A stretch of 64,000 nt of DNA from NCBI GenBank assembly GCA_018334055.1, contig JAGXSS010000109.1:1260-65259 (forward strand), read 5' to 3'. The notes beneath the pieces are model-generated. The model was not told where the DNA came from and did no database searches. It saw only the letters and a program-made list of their open reading frames with translations. Below are positions 32,911 to 42,845 of this stretch, one piece after another. The first letter of the stretch is position 1; each line of letters opens with the position of its first letter. The stretch comes from Peptococcaceae bacterium. Lineage in GTDB: Bacteria > Bacillota > UBA994. A program made the position numbers and the translations under genes.

Positions 32911-32997
32911 TCATCTAAGTCTAACTAGCAATATGGGCTGCACCCTTTGGAGCGGACACCCTAGTAACTCAGCTCAGGCCGAAAGACCTCTGTTTGT

Positions 32998-33294
32998 CTA
33001 CCGCTTTATGAATATTTTATCTCTGTAGTGACGGTAGAGCCTTATAAGCACTATTCTGTCGTCACAATAAACGCTTATAAGCACTATTGAACTCAAGATA
33101 AATGAGAAAGACCCCACCATAATGCTAAGCTCATTCGGAACAACAACACCCGTCATGTTCTCTATGAAGTCCGCTCTGGACAAAAGCACCATAATGAGAA
33201 CAAACATCGATATCCAAAATAGCCAGATAGTGCGTCTAGACATTTTGTTCCCCAACCACTCGCGCATCAATGCCACGTAATGAGACCGTTCCAA
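32998..33294 (-). CDS. Hypothetical small 2-TM membrane protein
   Basis: 98-aa ORF with two hydrophobic segments in an AT-rich region; start uncertain. Confidence 0.4.
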   Translation of the reverse strand: MERSHYVALMREWLGNKMSRRTIWLFWISMFVLIMVLLSRADFIENMTGVVVPNELSIMVGSFSFILSSIVLISVYCDDRIVLIRLYRHYRDKIFIKR

Positions 33295-33975
33295 CAGTCA
33301 AACAACGGAAACGCGCGTGCAGGGTCACTAACGCAATAGCCAGTTCCGGACCTAGTTGTCTCATAAACTTCTCTACCCTTCCTTAGGCTTATAGCCTATT
33401 CATCCCAATTCTGTTGCACTAGTCGATAATTACCATTAAAACTATCTGTTGCATTCGGGGAAAGCCCAAATTGCCACTCTGCTAAAGTACAGTTCCTTCA
33501 TATTGCCCATACTCTAGCCCCCTCTCTTCAGTTGTCAATCGTATGGTGATATTATACTTCAATAATTGGTGCTAATTATGTCGTATTACGTCGATAAACT
33601 TTTTTTGAAATTTGATTCTACTGCACTAAGTAAGTTCTACTTTTTTTCATTCTTAATTACTCTCAGTCCTGCTCCAAGGACGACGGTGTAATACACCGTC
33701 GCTACGAAAAACATGATTATCGGTCGTAGCGACATGCCATTAGAGTGTTATTTTCGCATATTTAGAATCTATTACCATTGGGAACGTTTTATAGGCACCA
33801 TTATTTTGGCTATCTTATGATTTGTTGCGGCAGAGTCGGCGTTATTGCAGTGGAATCAAATTTTAATACATCTTAATGCGTGTCAACTCATATAAAAATT
33901 TGACCGAACAGAATTGATCACTCATTTAAGAATCTTACCTAACTCGTCAAGAAGTTGGTAGCGAACAAGGTAGAG

Positions 33976-34059
33976 GTAGCGGCGTGACATGGCACGCCGA
34001 CCCTCCCCCGGCCGTAACCCAAGGTTGGCCGAGGTCGCCGGTTTTTGTGCCGGCGCTAC
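33976..34059. repeat. GC-rich element folding as a perfect four-way junction; degenerate direct copy near 32687-32771
   Basis: Stems gtagc/gctac, ggcgtg/cacgcc, gacc..cggcc/ggccg..ggtc, gccgg/ccggc; shares ccctcccccg and tttttgtgccg with the second copy. Confidence 0.5.
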
Positions 34060-34212
34060 AGCATCGTCCGCATCGCCAACCTAAATTATGTGTAAATTGT
34101 TGCATATACTACTGTTTTGAAATACAATGAAAAAAGACTGTATCAGTCGGTGGTTGTTGCCAGAGTCCAGAGGAAACCTCCCAGTAGTCAAAATACGGCA
34201 GGGGGTGAAAAA

Positions 34213-34383
34213 GTGAGTAAGTGGAGGATAGCGGAGTACATCTTCTTCATTGCCTTGGGAGCCGGAATGCTGCTGTTTCTAACGGATCGGTTGGTTAGCG
34301 GCCTGGTGTTTTTCGCAGGGGGCCTACTTGGCGTGTCGATAAGGTACTATATACATTCTAAGGAGCAGAGCCGCAGCCAGTAG
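34213..34383 (+). CDS. Hypothetical 56-aa 2-TM membrane protein
   Basis: RBS GGGGGTG then GTG at 34213; two hydrophobic helices; followed by a terminator. Confidence 0.65.
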   Translation: MSKWRIAEYIFFIALGAGMLLFLTDRLVSGLVFFAGGLLGVSIRYYIHSKEQSRSQ

Positions 34384-34401
34384 CCGAGTGTTAGCCTGAG
34401 T

Positions 34402-34447
34402 AAAGCCAAATCCCCTAGGTGCCTCTGCACCTAGGGGATTTGGCTTT
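34402..34447. terminator. Bidirectional intrinsic terminator
   Basis: aaagccaaatcccctaggtgc / gcacctaggggatttggcttt perfect inverted repeat between convergent genes. Confidence 0.85.
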
Positions 34448-36116
34448 AAAATAGGCCCGAGATTTTGCCGTCGGCGTCGACATCTATTTTTTCGGCGGCC
34501 GGTTCCTTGGGGAGACCGGGCATGGTCATGATGTCGCCGGTCAGGGCCACGATGAACCCGGCCCCGCGGGAGACTCGAAGTTCGCGCACGGTGATTTTAA
34601 ACCCACGCGGGCGACCTAAGAGGCTGGGGTCGTCTGAGACGGAGTACTGGGTCTTGGCCATGCAGATGGGCATTTTGTCAAACCCAAGTTTATTAAATTG
34701 ACGCATGGTGGTTTCAGCTTCTTTAGTGAAGTCGACCCCATCAGCACCGTAAATTTCCCGGGCAATAATGGCTATCTTTTCTTTGATGGGCAGGGCCGCA
34801 TCGTACAGGGGCTTGAAGTTGGATGGCTCGTTGGCGATAGTGTCGAGCACGGCTTCGGCCAACGCCCGGCCACCCTCCCCGCCCTTGGCCCAGACCTCGG
34901 ACAGGGCCACCTTGGCACCAATCTTTTGGCAGCTCTCGGCGATAAGAGCGAGCTCAGCCTCGGTATCGGCCGGGAAGCGGTTAATGGCCACTACGGCTGG
35001 CACGCCAAACTTGTGCATGGACTCGATGTGCCGCTCGAGGTTGGCCACACCGAGCTTCAGGGCCGCTAGGTTCTCGGTGTTTAGGTTCTTGACATCGGCA
35101 TTGCCATGCAGTTTGAGGGCGCGGGCGGTGGCCACAATGACCGCCACTTTCGGTTTAAGTCCAGCAAAACGGCACTTGATGTTAAAGAACTTTTCCGCCC
35201 CTAGGTCGGCGCCAAAGCCGGCTTCGGTGACCACATAGTCGGCCACCTTGAGGGCGAGCTTGGTGGCCTGAACGGAATTACACCCATGGGCGATGTTGGC
35301 GAAGGGGCCGCCGTGGATAAATGCGGGGACATTTTCTAGGGTCTGCACCAAGTTCGGCTTGATGGCGTCCTTGAGCAAAGCGGCCATGGCACCGGCAACT
35401 TTGAGGTCGGCTACGGTAATGGGCAGCCGGTCGTTATTGTAAGCCACCACGATGCGCCCGAGACGCTCCTTGAGGTCGCTGATATCAAGAGCCAAGCAGA
35501 GAATGGCCATGACCTCGGAAGCCACGGTGATGTCAAAGCCGTCTTCGCGCGGCACGCCGTTGTTCTTACCCCCTAGGCCGATTATGGTCTGCCTGATGGC
35601 GCGGTCATTCATGTCCATGGCGCGGCGCCAGGTAATGCGGCGGGTGTCGATACTTAGGGCATTGCCCTGGTGGATATGGTTGTCTAGGATGGCGCTCAGC
35701 ATATTGTGGGCGGTGGTGATGGCGTGCAAGTCGCCGGTAAAATGCAGGTTGATGTCTTCCATGGGCACCACTTGTGAGAACCCACCACCGGCGGCTCCTC
35801 CCTTGACCCCCATGCTAGGTCCAAGCGAAGGCTCTCTTAGGGCGATGGCGGTTTTCTTGCCTAACTTGGCTAGGGCCTGCCCCAAGCCGACCGTAGTCGT
35901 GGTCTTGCCCTCGCCGGCCGCGGTGGGGTTGATGGCGGTCACCAAAATAAGGTGGCCATCGGGCTCTTGCGCTAAGCGCTCAGCCACCGCAGGCGCAACC
36001 TTGGCCTTGTACTTGCCATAGAGTTCCAAGTCGTCCTCGCTAATGCCGATGCTCCGCGCTATCTCGACAATGGGGAGCATGTCGGCGCTCTGGGCAATTT
36101 CGATATCTGATTTCAT
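34446..36116 (-). CDS. fhs: Formate--tetrahydrofolate ligase
   Basis: [35 protein letters not shown]. Confidence 0.98.
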   Translation of the reverse strand: MKSDIEIAQSADMLPIVEIARSIGISEDDLELYGKYKAKVAPAVAERLAQEPDGHLILVTAINPTAAGEGKTTTTVGLGQALAKLGKKTAIALREPSLGPSMGVKGGAAGGGFSQVVPMEDINLHFTGDLHAITTAHNMLSAILDNHIHQGNALSIDTRRITWRRAMDMNDRAIRQTIIGLGGKNNGVPREDGFDITVASEVMAILCLALDISDLKERLGRIVVAYNNDRLPITVADLKVAGAMAALLKDAIKPNLVQTLENVPAFIHGGPFANIAHGCNSVQATKLALKVADYVVTEAGFGADLGAEKFFNIKCRFAGLKPKVAVIVATARALKLHGNADVKNLNTENLAALKLGVANLERHIESMHKFGVPAVVAINRFPADTEAELALIAESCQKIGAKVALSEVWAKGGEGGRALAEAVLDTIANEPSNFKPLYDAALPIKEKIAIIAREIYGADGVDFTKEAETTMRQFNKLGFDKMPICMAKTQYSVSDDPSLLGRPRGFKITVRELRVSRGAGFIVALTGDIMTMPGLPKEPAAEKIDVDADGKISGLF

Positions 36117-36134
36117 GCAGCTACCTGCCTTCCT

Positions 36135-36764
36135 CTACTTTATTGCCTGCAATTGCTCACGCACCGTGAGCTGCAAGGCGGATGCCTGCCGGGCAATGTT
36201 CTCAGCTTCTTCGGTCATGCTAATGGCCCAAGACGGCTTGATCTCTAGGGATGAAAGATTGATGTAGACATTGTAGAGGGCCCCCTCCACGGCTGCCTGG
36301 CCGAGGAGCATGGCCACACCGGCATCGGTGATGGCGTTTTGGTTGCCTTTTTGGGCCACGGTGCTCACCAGTTCTAGGACCCTAAGAGCACAGTCGGCAG
36401 TGGTCAGTGGAACCCTTGCCGCCTGCTCTATCGCCCGTAGAATGGCGCCGTTTCTATCACTTATTTCGCTGTCACTGCCCTTCGGGAGTTTGTATGCGGC
36501 CATAACCCCTAGGTAGACCGCGGCGTCTTCGTCCGCCAGGCTTAGTAGTCGCGCGCGGAGTTCCCTGCTCTCTTTGGCTACCTGCTCCATATGGGGCTGT
36601 ACCGCAATATATTTTTTGCGGTTGAGGGTTAAGTTGGCCACCATCTCCGCCAACGAAGCCGCCATGGCTCCGGCGAGGGCGGCGGCGGTGCCACCGCCCG
36701 GGGTGGGGGTGCCGCTCGCTAAGGCCTCTAGTATCGCCCCGTAGGGTTCCTCGTATAATGCCAC
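36135..36764 (-). CDS. Formimino-THF cyclodeaminase / methenyl-THF cyclohydrolase (FchA-like)
   Basis: TPTPGGG.AAA, GNQNAITD, NVYINL. Confidence 0.92.
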   Translation of the reverse strand: MALYEEPYGAILEALASGTPTPGGGTAAALAGAMAASLAEMVANLTLNRKKYIAVQPHMEQVAKESRELRARLLSLADEDAAVYLGVMAAYKLPKGSDSEISDRNGAILRAIEQAARVPLTTADCALRVLELVSTVAQKGNQNAITDAGVAMLLGQAAVEGALYNVYINLSSLEIKPSWAISMTEEAENIARQASALQLTVREQLQAIK

Positions 36765-36777
36765 GAATAATGCCCTC

Positions 36778-36924
36778 CTATGATCCTACGACTAGGCGGT
36801 AGAGAAACCATACCAAGAGACCAAGGGCGGCGCCGCCAACCATATAGACCCACATGTCTATCTTTGGTGGCTGTTTCTTCTGGATAGTTGGCATGACTTT
36901 CTTTTTCTTTTTTCCCTTAACCAT
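36778..36924 (-). CDS. Unannotated 48-aa small membrane protein
   Basis: AAGGAGG RBS, ATG 36924; MVKGKKKKKVMPTIQKKQPPKIDMWVYMVGGAALGLLVWFLYRLVVGS*; fills the hutI-cyclodeaminase gap. Confidence 0.7.
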   Translation of the reverse strand: MVKGKKKKKVMPTIQKKQPPKIDMWVYMVGGAALGLLVWFLYRLVVGS

Positions 36925-38191
36925 ACATACATCCTCCTTTATTTACCACTATCTTGCCACTTTTGATGGCGGTATCCACTAAGTTAACCCCGAGATGGTA
37001 GGGCACAAAATCTAGGGTGGGTGCCTTCTGGATAATTATGTCGGCTTGCTTGCCGACTTCGAGACTGCCCACATCCTTGGCACGCCCGATGGCATGCGCC
37101 GCATTGATAGTCGAGGCAGCGAAGGCCTGGGCGGGCGTTAAGCCATAGTGAAAACAGGCGAAGGACTGCAAAAGCTGCATATTGGGCAAGGGCGAGGTGC
37201 CGGGATTGTAGTCGGTGGCAATGGCGATGGCGACGCCCAATTCTAGCATGGACTTCACATCGGCTCTTTTCGCGGTCTGCAAGATAAAGGAGGTTGCCGG
37301 CAGTAAAATGGCCACCACCCTAGCTTCGGCCATGGCCCGGAGATGCTCGCGGTCGGCATGAATGAGGTGCTCGGCCGATACTGCCTTGACCTCGGCCGCG
37401 AGCAAAGCTCCACCTAAGGGGGTAATTTCGTCGGCATGGACCTTCGCCCCCAGCCCCAGCGCCTTGGCCCGTAGCAGTATGGAGCGGCATTCGTCAATGG
37501 TAAAGGCCTTGTTTTCGCAAAAGCAATCGCAAAACTCGGCCAGACCTTCGGCGGCAACCTGGGGCAGCATCTGGTCTAGAATAATTGCTATATATTCTTC
37601 CCGCGCGTTTTTATACTCCGGGGGCAAAGCATGCGCCCCCATGAAGGTGCGCACCACCTCCACCGGGTGCCTTGTGCCGGCCTCGCGCAAGACGCGCAGC
37701 TGTTTTAGCTCGGTCTCGAGGTTTAGCCCATAGCCACTCTTGGCCTCGACCGTGGTGGTACCGTGAAGGAGCATTATGTCTAGGGTTGCCAGTACCGTAG
37801 CGAGAAGGTCGGAGGGGCTTGCCGCGCGCGTCTTTTGCACAGTGCTGATAATGCCGCCGCCGGTAGCCAAAATATCTAGATAGCTCCGTCCGGCAAGGCG
37901 CAGGGGCAGTTCGTGGTCGCGCCAGCCGGCAAAACTCAAGTGCGTGTGGCAGTCCACATAGCCCGGTAGCACCAATCGATCTGTGGCATCTACCACTTCA
38001 GTCTGGGCATCACACCTAGCTTTGGCTTCGGCGTAGTTATCGGTCACCAAGAGGATCTTCCCCTCACCGACGAGGACATGGCCCACTGGATACCGCATGA
38101 TTTCGCCCAGTGCCGGACCGACTTGGGGGGAGGTGCTGTGCCCTACGGTGGTTACAACTTGGCCGTTAGCAATCCATAGACTAGCTTTCAT
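36917..38191 (-). CDS. hutI: Imidazolonepropionase
   Basis: DCHTH, GGGIISTV, EAKSGYGL, KVHADE, TDYNPG. Confidence 0.96.
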   Translation of the reverse strand: MKASLWIANGQVVTTVGHSTSPQVGPALGEIMRYPVGHVLVGEGKILLVTDNYAEAKARCDAQTEVVDATDRLVLPGYVDCHTHLSFAGWRDHELPLRLAGRSYLDILATGGGIISTVQKTRAASPSDLLATVLATLDIMLLHGTTTVEAKSGYGLNLETELKQLRVLREAGTRHPVEVVRTFMGAHALPPEYKNAREEYIAIILDQMLPQVAAEGLAEFCDCFCENKAFTIDECRSILLRAKALGLGAKVHADEITPLGGALLAAEVKAVSAEHLIHADREHLRAMAEARVVAILLPATSFILQTAKRADVKSMLELGVAIAIATDYNPGTSPLPNMQLLQSFACFHYGLTPAQAFAASTINAAHAIGRAKDVGSLEVGKQADIIIQKAPTLDFVPYHLGVNLVDTAIKSGKIVVNKGGCMYG

Positions 38192-39086
38192 CGGGGGTGG
38201 CGAGCTTTAGCTCCAGAACCTGCTCTGGACTAAAGTCCGTTAAAGCGAGGTAGTGCCTGGCGACATCAAGGAGGGCCTTAGCGGGCAACAGTCCGATCAC
38301 TTCGCTGTTGGCCACCTTGACCCCATGCTTGGCAGCCTCTTTTTTAATGGCCTCAAAGACCACATGCAGGCCGGTTACATTGTAGTCCACCATATTCATG
38401 GAGATTTGGGCCCGGCCCGTGGCCTCGAGCATGAGGCCGAGGCCCTTAACGGCGGGTAGGCCGCCGCTCGACTCACGAACCGTCTTGGCAATGGCCTTAG
38501 CCACTTTCACATCGGACGAATCAAGGTTGACATTAAACGCCACCAAGGGGGGGCGAGCCCCCACCACCGTGGCTCCGGCCGTAGGGTGTAGCCTAGCGGG
38601 GCCAAAATCCGGCTGGCGCTCGGGCTTCACTATATCCACTTTAAGCCCTTCGTACTCTCCGCGCCGCACCTCGGCGAGGTTTTGACGCTCGGGCCGCCGA
38701 GCGGCTCTTTCGTAGAGATAGACGGGTATGTTGAGCTCGCGGGCGATGCGCTCGCCGAGGGCTTCGGCCAAGGCCACACATTCGGCCATGGTGGTGGTGC
38801 CCAGCGGCACGAATGGTATGACATCGGTAGCCCCCATGCGGGGGTGTTCGCCGAGGTGCTGCTCCATGTCTATCAAGTCCCGCGCCTTAGCCGTAGCCTG
38901 AAAAGCGGCCTCGAGAACAGCGGCGGGTTCGCCCACCATGGTAACTACCACGCGGTTGTGGTCGGCATCGGGCTTGTGGTCAAGTAGCCGCACCAGAGGC
39001 ACCGTGGTGATGGCAGCGAGGATTTCGGCGATGACCTCGGGGCGCCGGCCTTCGCTAAAGTTCGGCACACATTGTACTAACTTCAT
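38181..39086 (-). CDS. ftcD: Glutamate formimidoyltransferase
   Basis: CVPNFSEGR, DADHNR, HPRMGATDVIPF. Confidence 0.95.
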   Translation of the reverse strand: MKLVQCVPNFSEGRRPEVIAEILAAITTVPLVRLLDHKPDADHNRVVVTMVGEPAAVLEAAFQATAKARDLIDMEQHLGEHPRMGATDVIPFVPLGTTTMAECVALAEALGERIARELNIPVYLYERAARRPERQNLAEVRRGEYEGLKVDIVKPERQPDFGPARLHPTAGATVVGARPPLVAFNVNLDSSDVKVAKAIAKTVRESSGGLPAVKGLGLMLEATGRAQISMNMVDYNVTGLHVVFEAIKKEAAKHGVKVANSEVIGLLPAKALLDVARHYLALTDFSPEQVLELKLATPDES

Positions 39087-39090
39087 CTTT

Positions 39091-40746
39091 CTAACCCCTC
39101 TTTAACATCGGAATTTTGACGCCGCGCTCGGCAGCGACTTGGCAAGCCAGCTCGTAGCCGGCATCGGCATGACGCATGACGCCGGTACCGGGGTCGGTGG
39201 TGAGCACCCTCTCTAAGCGGGTACGGGCTAGGTCGGTGCCGTCGGCCACCACCACCATGCCGGCATGGATAGAGAACCCGATGCCCACTCCGCCGCCATG
39301 ATGCACGCTGACCCAGCTGGCACCGGCGACCGCATTGAGAAGCGCATTGAGAATGGGCCAGTCAGCTATGGCGTCGGAACCGTCTAGCATGGCCTCGGTC
39401 TCGCGGTTAGGCGAGGCGACCGACCCGCAATCGAGGTGGTCGCGTCCGATAACGATGGGGGCCTTAAGCTCACCCGTGCGCACCATTTCATTGATGGCCA
39501 GGCCAAATTTAGCCCTCTCACCATAACCAAGCCAGCAGATGCGGGCGGGCAAGCCTTGGAAGGCCACCCTCTCTTGCGCCATGGTAATCCAGCGCTTAAG
39601 GGCCACATCTTCGGGGAAGAGCTTCATCACCAAGGCATCGGTCTTGTAGATATCTTCGACCTCACCCGAGAGGGCCACCCAGCGGAAGGGGCCCTTGCCC
39701 TCGCAAAACAGGGGGCGAATGTAGGCGGGCACAAAACCGGGGAAGTCAAAAGCTTTCTCTACCCCTGCCTCCTTGGCTTGCTGGCGGATATTATTGCCAT
39801 AGTCAAAGACATGCGCTCCCGCTTGCTGCAGGTCGAGCATCGCCTGTACATGCAGAGCCATGCTCGACATCGCCCTCTCTATGTATTCGGTGGGGTTACT
39901 TTGGCGCAAGGCGGCGGCTTGGTCTAAAGAGAGCCCCACGGGTATGTAGCCCACGAGGGGGTCATGCGCTGAGGTCTGGTCGGTGACTAGGTCGGGGACC
40001 ACGCCGCGGCGCACCATCTCGGGCAACACCATAGCCGCATTGCCGAGCAGGCCGATGGACAAGGCCCGACCTTCGCTCTGGGCCTTACGGGCCATCTCTA
40101 AGGCGGAGTCAAGGTTTTCAACATAGGTATCGAGATAGCGCGACTGCAGGCGGCGCTCGATGCGGGTCCGGTCCACCTCTATGCAGATAGCCACTCCTTC
40201 GTTCATCGTCACGGCTAAGGGCTGGGCACCGCCCATGCCCCCAAGCCCTGCGGTTACGGTGAGCCTACCTTTAAGGGACCCGCCGAAATGCCGACGAGCA
40301 GCCTCGGCAAAGGTCTCGTAGGTGCCCTGCAAAATACCCTGGGTGGCGATATATATCCACGAACCGGCGGTCATTTGCCCGTACATGGTGAGGCCTAAGC
40401 GCTCTAACTCGCGAAACTTCTCCCATGTGGCCCAGTGGGGCACCAACATGGAGTTGCTGATGAGCACGCGCGGAGCATGAAGGTGGGTTGTAAATACGCC
40501 CACCGGCTTGCCGCTCTGAACGAGCAAGGTCTCGTCATTTTTGAGCTCCTGCAAGGACTTAATTATGGCCTCGTAACATTCCCAATTGCGCGCCGCCTTG
40601 CCCGTTCCCCCGTAGACCACGAGATCTTCCGGGCGCTCGGCCACCTCGGGATCGAGGTTATTCATGAGCATACGCATGGCTGCTTCTTGTTCCCAACCAC
40701 GGCAACTGAGCACAGTGCCGCGCGGGGCTCTAATTTCTCTTTTCAT
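39091..40746 (-). CDS. hutU: Urocanate hydratase
   Basis: [27 protein letters not shown]. Confidence 0.98.
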   Translation of the reverse strand: MKREIRAPRGTVLSCRGWEQEAAMRMLMNNLDPEVAERPEDLVVYGGTGKAARNWECYEAIIKSLQELKNDETLLVQSGKPVGVFTTHLHAPRVLISNSMLVPHWATWEKFRELERLGLTMYGQMTAGSWIYIATQGILQGTYETFAEAARRHFGGSLKGRLTVTAGLGGMGGAQPLAVTMNEGVAICIEVDRTRIERRLQSRYLDTYVENLDSALEMARKAQSEGRALSIGLLGNAAMVLPEMVRRGVVPDLVTDQTSAHDPLVGYIPVGLSLDQAAALRQSNPTEYIERAMSSMALHVQAMLDLQQAGAHVFDYGNNIRQQAKEAGVEKAFDFPGFVPAYIRPLFCEGKGPFRWVALSGEVEDIYKTDALVMKLFPEDVALKRWITMAQERVAFQGLPARICWLGYGERAKFGLAINEMVRTGELKAPIVIGRDHLDCGSVASPNRETEAMLDGSDAIADWPILNALLNAVAGASWVSVHHGGGVGIGFSIHAGMVVVADGTDLARTRLERVLTTDPGTGVMRHADAGYELACQVAAERGVKIPMLKRG

Positions 40747-40749
40747 GCC

Positions 40750-42300
40750 CTATCTCTCCTTATACCTGAAACTGCGTTCGAACCATTGGTCGATGTCCGC
40801 CTCGGCGGCACTTTGCATCCGGCCGTCTTTAATAATGCTGTAGGCGTAATTGAACTCGGGGTAGAGGACGCGATCTTCATTGAGCACCGGTACGGTGCTG
40901 CGCAGTAGGTCGTAGACCGGGCGAGTGGCCGGCGAGAGCATTTTCCCGCCCTGCAGGTCGATGCCCTGACAGGCCACGAGGAGCTCTATCCCCAGCACCC
41001 GCATGGTGTTTTCGATCACTTGACGCACTTTACGACAGGCGAAGCCACCCATGCTAACATGATCTTCTTGATTGGCACTCGAAGGGATGGAATCCACCGA
41101 GGCCGGATGACACAGGACTTTGTTCTCCGATACCAAGGCGGCGGCTGTATATTGGGCGATCATATAACCGGAGTTAAGGCCGCCGTGGCGCGTGAGAAAG
41201 GCCGGCAGCCCCGATAGATGAGGGTTAACTAACCTCTCGATGCGCCGCTCGGCGATACTGGCCAGCTCAGCTACGGCCATCGCCAAGTAATCTGCACCGA
41301 GCGCTAAAAACTGTCCGTGAAAATTTCCTGCCGAAATAATTTCGTTTTCCTCGGGAAAGACCAAGGGGTTGTCGGTGGCGGAGTTACACTCCACCAGCAA
41401 GGTCGCGGCCACATGCCCAATCGCATGCCAAGAGGCCCCATGCACCTGCGGGATGCAGCGGAGGGAATAGGCGTCTTGCACGCGAAGCTCCCCGGGCAGG
41501 GATACCCATTCGCTGCCCGCCAACAAGCGCCGCATGGCCTCCGCGGCCAGCGCTTGAGCACGATGGGGCCGCACCTCGGAAACCCTCGCGTCAAAGGCTG
41601 CCGTTATCCCGCAGAGCGCCTGATGACTGAGAGCGGCGGTAACAAAGCTCGCCTTTAGGGTTTGGAGGGCATCAATGACCGCCAGACTCAAATTAGCCCC
41701 CATGGCCTGGGTGCCGTTGATCAGGGCAAGGCCCTCCTTGGCCCCAAGCTCAATAGGTTGCATGTTGCGACGGGCCAGAGCTATGCCTCCGGAAACAACT
41801 TCCCCATCCACCTCTGCCTCCCCTTCACCAATCATCACCAGTACCGCATGCGCCAGAGGAGCTAGATCGCCGCTGGCGCCGAGTGAGCCCTGGGCCGGCA
41901 CCACGGGGTGCACCCGGTGATTTAAGAAATCGAGCAAGCACTGCACGGTGCTCTCCTTTATGCCGGAACTGCCCTTGGCTAAAGCATTGGCACGCAGCAG
42001 CATGAGCGCCCTTACCGTCTCTGTCGGTAGCGGAGCACCTACTCCGCAGGCGTGGCTGACGATGAGATTGCGTTGTAGCCTGGCGACCTGCTCCTTGTTG
42101 ATAGTGATATCACAAAACTTGCCAAAACCGGTGTTGATGCCATAGACGGCCTTCTCCTCAGCCACCAAGCGCTCCACGAGGGAACGTGCGGCGGCAATCT
42201 TGGCCCTAGCCTCCTGATGCAAAAAAACTAAGGCACCCTCCCGGCTCACTAAAGAGATTTCTTCGAATGTAAGGTCAGCACCGGTTATAAATACGCTCAT
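40750..42300 (-). CDS. hutH: Histidine ammonia-lyase
   Basis: YGINTGFG, GASGDLAPL (MIO), QDAYSLRC, QEDHVSM. Confidence 0.97.
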   Translation of the reverse strand: MSVFITGADLTFEEISLVSREGALVFLHQEARAKIAAARSLVERLVAEEKAVYGINTGFGKFCDITINKEQVARLQRNLIVSHACGVGAPLPTETVRALMLLRANALAKGSSGIKESTVQCLLDFLNHRVHPVVPAQGSLGASGDLAPLAHAVLVMIGEGEAEVDGEVVSGGIALARRNMQPIELGAKEGLALINGTQAMGANLSLAVIDALQTLKASFVTAALSHQALCGITAAFDARVSEVRPHRAQALAAEAMRRLLAGSEWVSLPGELRVQDAYSLRCIPQVHGASWHAIGHVAATLLVECNSATDNPLVFPEENEIISAGNFHGQFLALGADYLAMAVAELASIAERRIERLVNPHLSGLPAFLTRHGGLNSGYMIAQYTAAALVSENKVLCHPASVDSIPSSANQEDHVSMGGFACRKVRQVIENTMRVLGIELLVACQGIDLQGGKMLSPATRPVYDLLRSTVPVLNEDRVLYPEFNYAYSIIKDGRMQSAAEADIDQWFERSFRYKER

Positions 42301-42731
42301 GCCTGCTCTTTACCCTCCTCATGATCGGTCTTCCGAACCAGGCAGAGCGGAGTGAAGGACCCCTCCTCGCCCAGCGGATTATCAAGGAGCACTTGTTTCA
42401 TCAGCAGCTTATCCACCGCCGGGGTGTGTGCCAAAATTTCAACGTGCCCGCGCGAGTCTGCGCGGGCTACACAAGATTGCACACCAAGAATCCTTGACAT
42501 AGCAGACACTAGGGCGCCTAAGTCCACATCGGCACCGGAGGCCGCCCTAACAGCCCCGGATGACACCACCACGATGTCCCCAGGCTGCAGGCTGTCTTGA
42601 GAGTACCGCTTGACTATCTCGAGAAAATTTTCTCCCGACGCAATGCGGTGCGTAGTGATGAGCACCCGCAGATAGACTTGATCATCGATGATGCGCGTCG
42701 GGCTTTTTTGTTTGGGCCGGTGAGCAAACAA
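42297..42731 (-). CDS. Short CofE (F420-0:glutamate ligase)-like protein with internal deletion
   Basis: ITTHRI...LQPGDIVVVS and DNPLG....TP...VR termini; probable TTG start at 42731; ATGA overlap with hutH. Confidence 0.55.
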   Translation of the reverse strand: MFAHRPKQKSPTRIIDDQVYLRVLITTHRIASGENFLEIVKRYSQDSLQPGDIVVVSSGAVRAASGADVDLGALVSAMSRILGVQSCVARADSRGHVEILAHTPAVDKLLMKQVLLDNPLGEEGSFTPLCLVRKTDHEEGKEQA

Positions 42732-42801
42732 ATGTACCACCTCTGATAGTATTGTGTTCTTTCTTGACGAGCAAAATCCTGCCGCTAGGGGAGTGTTGGG
42801 C

Positions 42802-42839
42802 AAAAATCAATCCGGCACTCGATGCACTGAGTGCCGGAT
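42802..42839 (-). terminator. Intrinsic terminator of ftsH
   Basis: atccggcactc / gagtgccggat stem with T tract on the minus strand. Confidence 0.8.
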
Positions 42840-42845
42840 GAAGGT

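Noticed and set aside
33400-33510. Short minus-strand MGNMKELYF... ORF with RBS, resembling a peptide leader
   Set aside because: Stops after about 22 codons, has no double-glycine site and no nearby modification or export genes
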